Source: Ministeria vibrans ATCC 50519
Lineage: Eukaryota > Protista > Filasterea
Assembly: GCA_943704425.1 (NCBI GenBank)
Contig: CALSCP010001856.1
Location: forward strand, 7,344 to 71,343
DNA length: 64,000 nucleotides
Direction: 5' to 3'
The notes beneath the pieces are model-generated. The model did not search any database, was not told the origin of the DNA, and saw only the letters and a program-made list of their open reading frames with translations. The position numbers and the translations under genes were made by a program. Below are positions 53,901 through 64,000 of the stretch, one piece after another. Positions within the stretch are counted from its first letter, which is position 1. Each line of letters begins with the position of its first letter.

Positions 53901-54811
53901 ACGAAGCGACCCTCTCCGTCACCGACGGACAGCAGCTCAAGCGCACCACCATTCCCTTTGTCAGTCGTGTCACCATTGTGCGTTCCTCATCCGCCAACCT
54001 TGAACTCAACCTCACGTAAGATTTGTTTTACTTTTTATTTATGGTTGTTTGTGTTTTTTTTCGTTTGTTGTTTGTTTGTCCTTTATTGTCATTATTATTT
54101 TATATAACGAACAGAAGCTGAAATTGTACAATATTATTTTCCTTGTTGTAGGTACTCTTCTTGCTCTGCAAGTGGCAAAGTGCATCCGCCAACTGCAATT
54201 TTGTCAAGACAATACTCAAGCGCAGTATTCTCCGCCATTGCTCAGGTACGTTTCACACGGTGTAGACGCCTCTCCCTCTATCACTTTGTTTCTTTCTTTC
54301 TCCTCTCTCTCTCTTATCACTTTATTTCTTTGTTCCTGTCTCTCGTTTTCTTTTTCTTTCTCTCTCCCGTTCTCTGGATCTTTCTCTTCTTGTGTCTCTG
54401 GTGCTGATATATGCTGTGCTTATATTATAGTATGGTGATGTGGAGCCTTTGGCACATCCAGGGGTACCAGGCCTATCCATGTATTTGTGTGTTGCTGACC
54501 CGAAGAAGAAGGACAAGAAGAGAGAAGAGGTATCGACGAGAGATGCACTTCTTTTTGCATTCACTATTTTACCTTGTTTCCTTTTTCTTAAGATTGCAAT
54601 GACAGTCCTTCGGGTATTGGTGCGCAGTCGGACGGACATGACGCTGGAAATTGATGGCCAAGAAGTGCACGGAGTACGTGAATTGGCGTTGGCAGAGCTG
54701 CTTCTGCCGCCACAAACACCGCTTGAGGGAGGCAAGAAGAAGCCGGGGAAGCCGGTGGAGCTGCAACTTGTGACTTTTATGCCCTGCACGAACGAGGATG
54801 GGTGTGCGTAA
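50963..54811 (+). CDS. PI3K class IB regulatory subunit p101/p84 (PIK3R5/PIK3R6)-like, multi-exon
   Basis: FPLPIASDVTQVLNMLLREMSAPGSERRQAVRLE resembles p101 [46 protein letters not shown] resembles LLLHAFQATFG, and NTKLADV resembles RTKLQAV. An acidic insert, RIVVAGCD, YLAHMDGWY and the terminal LVTF also fit. Confidence 0.72.
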
Positions 54812-54835
54812 GCACAGATACACACAGAGAGTGAG

Positions 54836-54851
<16 letters not shown>

Positions 54852-54924
<73 letters not shown>
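54852..54924. repeat. (AG)n microsatellite
   Basis: Read directly. Confidence 0.95.
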
Positions 54925-54927
<3 letters not shown>

Positions 54928-55009
54928 GAGGGCACAGTGATAGAGCGGGAGAGAGAGAGAGCAAACCTATTTTTTCTGCAATAATTTTTTGACAATTTTT
55001 CATTACATT

Positions 55010-57135
<2,126 letters not shown>

Positions 57136-57283
57136 GCAAATATTTTGACGATTTGAACGTGTTTTGAACTTATCAGTCACAAACCGAAAACGGAAAAAGC
57201 GAAATTATTATTGTTCTTTGATCTTTAGTCTTCTAACTTTTTTTTTTTTGGATCCGCCCTCCAACTCGGGAGTTGTAGGCACC

Positions 57284-58132
57284 ATGTCATTGTTTCAGCG
57301 GCTCTTCGGGCTGCAAGGGAGTTCGCGCCTCTCCGACGACTCTGTGGCGCCTGGCTCCGTCCCAACGGCAACCCTGGTGTCGCCTCATACGTGGCGCCCC
57401 CCACCCTTCAGAAATGCCCAAATCCGCATTATTGTAGTGCAAGATGATGGGCACGGCGAGAAGGTGAGCGTGTGGCTGAGTGTTGAGTGCGGTGTTGCCC
57501 TCCGAAGTTGCATGACCTTGTCAAATAACCCCCTTGGCGCTCCAGTGCGCCGACCAACACTTCACACAGCCCATTTGGGTGGATATGGGAAGTGGAACAG
57601 CGCTCTGCGAGCCCACCATTTTCTCGTGGTCGTTCAATAGTCGCTCGTGATTTTTTGGCCTTGCTTGAAACTTCGAATTGGATATTTAGAGTGTTCTCTT
57701 TTCGTCGGGGCGCGACTCCAACGAGAGCGGGAGAGCCAGTCGAGATCGAGCTGACGCACGGCTTGCGGAAATTATGTTTGGTTCGGTACCACTGGCGTAC
57801 AAAGGATCGACCGTCAAAGTGCACGAACTGCATGACCCCGCTCGCTTTCTGGTCACGCGCATCTTCACGGTGCCACCCCGCGACGTTGTCGAGGCGCACA
57901 TGCACATGACGTCGCAGCAGCAGCACCAGGATGCAAACGAACGTCACAGTCGTCGTGCCGCCTCCTTTGTCAGCCCTGCGTCGGGTCGCACGCCGTTTCC
58001 CGGCCTACCCACCTCAAAGGTGCCGCGTGCCCTCTCGCCTGACATCGACTGGAGCCAACACCACCAGCAACATTCAAGCCAGCAAGGCCAGAGCCATGGG
58101 CAGCCACAGTCGCCGCCGCCGCAGCAGCTGCA

Positions 58133-58163
<31 letters not shown>

Positions 58164-60907
58164 CAGTTGAGTGTCACTCCCAATAGCGAGCACCATCTCT
58201 CTCCGCTCGTGCGCTCGCTGTCGACACCCGATGCTCTGGACCAAATAGGCACAGTAGGCTCACAAGTGCGCCGACAGCGTGCACTCACGATGAGGTAAAA
58301 TAAACAAGTTGCGTGTAAGTGAGTGAGCGCTCACCTTGACTTAGTCTGGAACACGGCTACGTCGGACGTCTTGTTCTCGACGACGACCACACCCCACCCA
58401 CCACCACCATCACACCATCATCAGCATTCACACCAGCAACAGGAGGAGGAAGTGGGTCGCGCTCACAGTCGCCATCCTCCTCCACCCCGTCTACGCCCTC
58501 CACGCCTCCACTCCAGCCCCGTGCCCGCAGCGACACCTCCGCCACTTGGCACTCTGTCTCCTCCCTCGAACCCGATCCCCGTTCCTACCTTGCCTCTACA
58601 AAAATGCCTCGCTTTGCTCTCGCTTGGGTCCTCTCGCTTGACTCCACAGATTTTCCCGAAAGTTCCATCGCAGTACGTTCAGAATCTTACTTTTCCATTT
58701 GACTCTTCTCGTTTTTTTCTTCTTTTTTCTTCTGACATTTGTGCCTTTAGATTCGCGAGTTTTTTTCATCGCACTTTGCGTTGCTTGAGGCGCGTCTGTT
58801 CCGGCTCCAGAGACACCTCTCCAAACTACTTGCACACGAAATGGTGCAAGCACGTCACAGTCATCCAAACATTCCAAGTTCAGTGTAAGAACTATTATTT
58901 CGTGTGTGTGTATGTATCTTTGTGGTGGATGTGTGTGTATGTGATTGTGTGTAAGGAAAGAGCAAACGAGAACGGAAAACAAATCAGGGAGAGACTATGA
59001 ATGACTCTTGGCGTTCTACAGAAAACAACATCCTGGCGTGCTTCCTCTCAACCCGTTCCACATCCAAGAGAACCCGGAAATACACAGTTTAGTCTTAGAG
59101 TTTCAAGTATGATTCTCCACTCACTCTGAATTCACCTTCTCTGACTTAATATTTCATTCTTACTGTATAGAACGCCGTCCATTTCTTGTATGCAGTGCCT
59201 CGTCTTCAAGAGCCAGTCTGGCTCTCTCTCACCACCTTTCCTGATCGTCGCTCCTCCGTCGCTGTCATTTTCATTCGCGAATTCTGTCAGTGCGTCGACT
59301 CAATGGACACCAAAGCTAGACATCACTTTTTTAGGTACTACTATTTGCGGTGCTCTAACGTCATCTCACACACTGTGTCGTACAGCACACTCATTACGGC
59401 GGTTTTGGCACATCACCTGGCGTGGATCACCACCGTCACACCCGAACCCCACTCGAGCACATCCGCCAACAAGGGAGACAAAGAAACTACCACCACCTCG
59501 TCCACCACTGCTACCACTACTACTTCTGCTGCTGGGGATACCGCTGCGTCGACGTGCAACCCATACAATGCCCTCTGGGCTCAACTGATGGATCTCTACG
59601 GGTGCCTTGGAACCCCACCACACGTACTCATTGCCAAAGGCTTTTTCTCTTTCTCATTTGGTCTTGCTTAGATATGTCGCACTCTTGTATGTGGGGCGCA
59701 AAGCAACACCGTCAACCGTCTTCTCTATGTGCTCTCCTACTTTATTCGCTGTGCCGAACTTTTTCACGAACGTGTCTCGCTCGTGCATCAGTCCACCGTC
59801 TCCTCTGCATCCCTTCTTGTTGATCGTGATGTCGACGCTGAACCGCACACCGTTGCTCATGCCCGCTTCACGCACTTGCAGCCCATTAAAATGCCAAAGT
59901 AAGTCACCGTTTTGTTCTCTTTTTTTATTCGTACCAAAACAAACACCTACTTCCATTTTTTTTTTGTTACTGTTGTAGATCTGCAACAGTGAAGATAGAG
60001 CATCCATCTGATCCCGAGTGGAACCAACCCGACGTGGTAACCCCCTTCCCCTGTTTTCTTCTGTGTTTTCTTCTGTTTCCACTCACACTCAATTCTCTCG
60101 TTTTGTTTTTCAATCGTTTATATTGATTAGATCTATCGCCGGTCCTTTGGACGTTCACTCATGGCTACTTACTGGCAGGATTATCTTCCTGATTTTGCGC
60201 TTCTTGGAATGCCTCAGTACTATATTCCTTTTGTTGCATTGTCTTTGCATTCTTACGTTTCCTTTTTCTATCTTCAGCTGTGATATTAAGAACGAGTTAG
60301 AATCGGATCTTCGGCTCTCTCTTGAGGTTCAGCATACACACGCGCGCAATAAAACATTCAATAATTCCGTGTCTTCTAGAATTCGATATTGGACGAGCCC
60401 ATCACCCGCGCGGCCGCAATTATTGCAGATACGGATACATGGTGCGCTACACACATACATACATACACACATCATACATGCAGACACACACGCTCTCTCC
60501 ATCACTGTCTCTCTCTCTCACTCTTTCAATTTGTATATATCTCTTCGCTTTGTTTCTTCTCTCTCTGTTTCTTTTTCTCTCTTTGTCTCGTTTTTCTTCA
60601 TTTCTCTTTGCCATTCTCTGTCTGCCTGATTTCTGATTGAGTGTTTTTAATTTATGTTCATTAGGAATTGCGAGCTTCTCGTTGCCCAGACTGGACGGTA
60701 TGACCATCAACATTCTACTTTACATATAACAATTTATAACGTCGTTTTTTTTTTGCTTCAGTGAGCTGGGCCAACAAGTCTTTGAGTCGACGCTACAGCC
60801 AGCCGAGAGCGTCACGGGACTATGTACAGCCATCAAGGCTCTTCACGATGACAAAGTGCCTGAAGAGACGGTACGGGTTTTTTTGTGCGAGTGTTTGTGT
60901 TTGTGTT

Positions 60908-60954
<47 letters not shown>

Positions 60955-61013
60955 CTTTCTGGTGTGTGGTGGTGGTGTGTGTGTGTGTTTGTGACTTTCT
61001 GGTGTGTGGTGGT

Positions 61014-61057
<44 letters not shown>

Positions 61058-61442
61058 CAGCGACACGTTTTACAGATCGTCGTGTTTACGTGTTCTCAAT
61101 CGCTCGACTCTCTTTAGTGTCTTATGTATCTCGAAGATCGTCTACAAGAATTATTCCTGCGGGCTCTTGTGGTGTCCGGTACTCACTGCACACTAATTTC
61201 ACAATAATTATTAATAATTATTTTTTGTCACGTTACAGATCTAGTGTTGGTGAACCGCCCCCGCGTTCTCACTCACTTTGAAATCAGCGATGCTCTCTCG
61301 TACGCTTCACGCTTTTCTAAGAAGCAATCCTACAATCGTGCTTAACCTGTGTGTAACTCGTAGGTATCCACTCTCTGATATGGAGCTTCTCCTCAACATT
61401 GCGTGTGCTGAGACTCCTCTCATTGCCTCCTATGTTACATAA
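57284..61442 (+). CDS. FNIP: Folliculin-interacting protein (FNIP1/2, Lst4 family), multi-exon
   Basis: QIRIIVVQD, MFGSVPLAYKGSTVKVH, LYAVPRLQEPVWL, TLITAVLAHHLAWITTV, PYNALWAQLMDLYG; the last exon ends DMELLLNIACAETPLIASYVT*. Confidence 0.88.
60890..61056. repeat. Compound (GT)n microsatellite with a duplicated gactttctggtgtgtggtggtggtg unit (FNIP intron)
   Basis: Read directly. Confidence 0.9.
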
Positions 61443-61564
61443 TGCGCCACCTTTCTATAAGATTATTTGTACAACTATGCCATTCAACTCTGTGTTTTGT
61501 GTCCATTAAATCGCAGAAATAAACTATAATATTTTCTTCTGTGACACTCGATTCATGTTTTCTC

Positions 61565-62954
61565 TCACTCGCCCAATGCCTCCATCTGGCGGACAAGATC
61601 CTGCTCCACGGGGTTGAGGTCGTCCTGCAACAGCTGACCCTTAAGGAAGGCTTCGAGCTTGTTGCACGCGGCCAGAATAAAGCCCGTAAAGAGGGGCGTG
61701 GGGCGCAGAGGTCGCGTTTTGAGCTCGGGGTGAAACTGCACGGCCACATAAAACGGATGATCGCCCAACTCCATCACTTCCATCCGCTCGCCATTCACAT
61801 CGCGACCCACAAAGCGCATTCCCTTGTCTTCCAGTGCCGCAACCAACTCCGGATTCACTTCGTACCGGTGGCGGTGGCGTTCGTACACGTGTGTGCATGG
61901 CTTGCCATCACCCAACACCTTCGAGTACAGTTGCTCTAAACAAAGCGACAACAAAAACGCGCACCATTCAGTATTCAGGAGATACGACGATAAACACTAT
62001 TGAATACGGGTGATGGAGGTTTCGCCGGCAAACAGCGTCTCGCGTCTTCCCAGACGCATTGTGCCGCCCATATGCGTCTTGCTACCCTCCGGCATGAACA
62101 CCACCACCGGGTGTGTCGTCTCCTTGTTGAATTCCGTTGAGTTAGCATCTTCCCACCCCAGCTTGGTTCGTGCAAACTCAATCACCGCCGTCTGAAGTCC
62201 CAGACAGATTCCTAATCGGAAAAAAAAAGTGTAAATACGACTCACGCGAGTGTGTGTGTGTGTGTGTGTGTATGTGTGATAATTGGAGATTCAAGTTGTG
62301 CCGCACCAAAGTACGGAATGCCCTTTTCGCGTGCCCACTTGGCAGCAACAACCATGCCCTCCACGCCACGCTCGCCAAACCCACCGGGCACGAGCACACC
62401 ACTAATAATTGGGAAGGAGAGAAAAAGGGAAACAACCCAAGGATAAAGTGAAGTTAGGGCAGAAAGTGTATCTCCAGCTCTCTTCTATCACTTTGTCTAT
62501 TTTCTCTCCCATCTTTTTTTTCTGCAATTATACTCACTTTGCGCCACTGAGCGACTGCCATGCTTCAAAGTACTTGGTTGCGTCCGCAGTGCGCCGTGAC
62601 TCCTCCAAATCACCGGCTTCAACCCACTGCAATGTAACAAAAGAGACAACCAGATTATTCGGACGCAAAAAACCGCATTAATACACAATGTAATTTTGTA
62701 CGGTAATGTTGAGCTTGCGATTGGCCCAGAGCGATGCATGCTGAAGAGCCTTGATGACAGACAGATAGGCGTCTGAAAACTCGGTGTATTTGCCCACAAC
62801 GACAATGGAGACGGGATCAAATAGACGGTCGTTGCGGTCGGCAAGCACCTTCCACTTGCTGAGAAGCGAACCTGTCTCAGGGTGAACCAACTTGACTTGA
62901 AGTCGTTTTTCAAAGTAGCCACTCAGGTTCTAAGCAACACATTGGAGACGACAA

Positions 62955-62987
<33 letters not shown>

Positions 62988-63914
62988 CACACACACACAC
63001 ACATACACGTGTAAGTAAAATGGGCGTGTATACAACCGACTCAACTACTTGCACTACCTGCTTTTCCAGGAGAAGAGGGACATGGTAGATGGACGAGAGG
63101 TCGTGCACAGTGATGACCTGCTCGCGTGCGACGTGACAGAACATGCCAACCTTGTCCTTGACCGAGTCGTTGAGTGGCAGACGCGAGCGGCACACAATGA
63201 TGTCGGGCGACAGACCGAGTCCTCGCAGTTCGCGAATACTGTGCTGCGTCGGCTTTGTCTTCTGCTCGCCTGTCGTTGACATTTGCGGCACAAGGCTAAC
63301 GTGAATCTGCAAGAAGTTTTCGCGACCAACGCGAAACTGAAACTGACGCAGCGCCTCGACAAAGGGCATGCTCTCGATGTCGCCAATGGTACCGCCCAGC
63401 TCGATGACACACACTTCGGGCTCCAAATCGCTTCCGTCCACCGACACCTGCCGTTGGCGCGTGAGCCAATGAAGGTAGTTCTTGTGAGTGTGTACCTTGG
63501 CAACGCGCTCAATCCAGTTTTGAATAGAGTCTGTAATATGCGGCACCACTTGCACAGTCTTTCCCAGGTAGTCGCCACGTCGCTCGCGCTCTACAGCAGA
63601 CAAGTTGTTTCGTCAGTGTACACTGAGAGAGTGCAACGCGCGAGCATCGTCCAACGCACACCGCCAGAGGGCGACTCGCGTGAAACACTAGCTCCCATTC
63701 AATAAAAGAGAGTGTGCTGAGCAGATGGCGACGGAGAACAGAGCGCAGCGGAGGAAGGAAGAGCCGATAGCGGACGAGTGCGTACCAATGACTTCGGAGT
63801 AGATTTTGCCCGTTGTAATGTTGTTGTCGCGATGCAGCGTCACGTCCAAGAACCGTTCGTAGTTTCCCAGATCCAAATCAACCTCGCCACCATCGTCGAG
63901 AACGAACGTTTCGC
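61565..63914 (-). CDS. CTPS: CTP synthase; 5' end lies beyond the window
   Basis: [80 protein letters not shown]. Confidence 0.97.
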
Positions 63915-64000
63915 CTAAAAAAGTAGAGACAGAGAAGGATTGAACTTCACAAGACAGCCACTCTTTGCGATAAACTCGTCGTAGAGCTGCCTCTTCGGAA

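Overview
Gene-dense, intron-containing eukaryotic DNA. It has GT-AG introns, many microsatellites and two short N gaps (near 3056-3065 and 27487-27496). The gene content points to a unicellular holozoan such as a choanoflagellate or filasterean; this is inferred from gene content, not from a search. About 25 protein-coding genes could be pieced together by eye. Housekeeping genes include RPS3A, RPS20, MRPL52, ERH, ZIP9, TXNDC9, ADAT3, CTPS, NPL, MadBub, FNIP, PPP1R21 and GRIPAP1. The secreted and cell-surface genes are more unusual. The most striking is a gene at 14954-18691 (-) that fuses a COOH-NH2 ligase (Amidoligase_2-type) domain, through an RHRR furin-type site, to an EGF-EGF-LamG-EGF-LamG-LamG extracellular-matrix-like module. 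Other notable items are a receptor island at about 32.8-46.5 kb (adhesion GPCR, LRR receptor Ser/Thr kinase, and a single-pass GAIN/GPS paralog of the GPCR), a p101/p84-like PI3K-gamma adaptor, two signal-peptide JmjC proteins, an ERH-SLC39A9 adjacency also seen in human, and a 16-nt minisatellite core dispersed across several introns. No rRNA, tRNA, CRISPR array or transposase was recognised. All homology calls come from recalled motifs, and exon boundaries are manual estimates.
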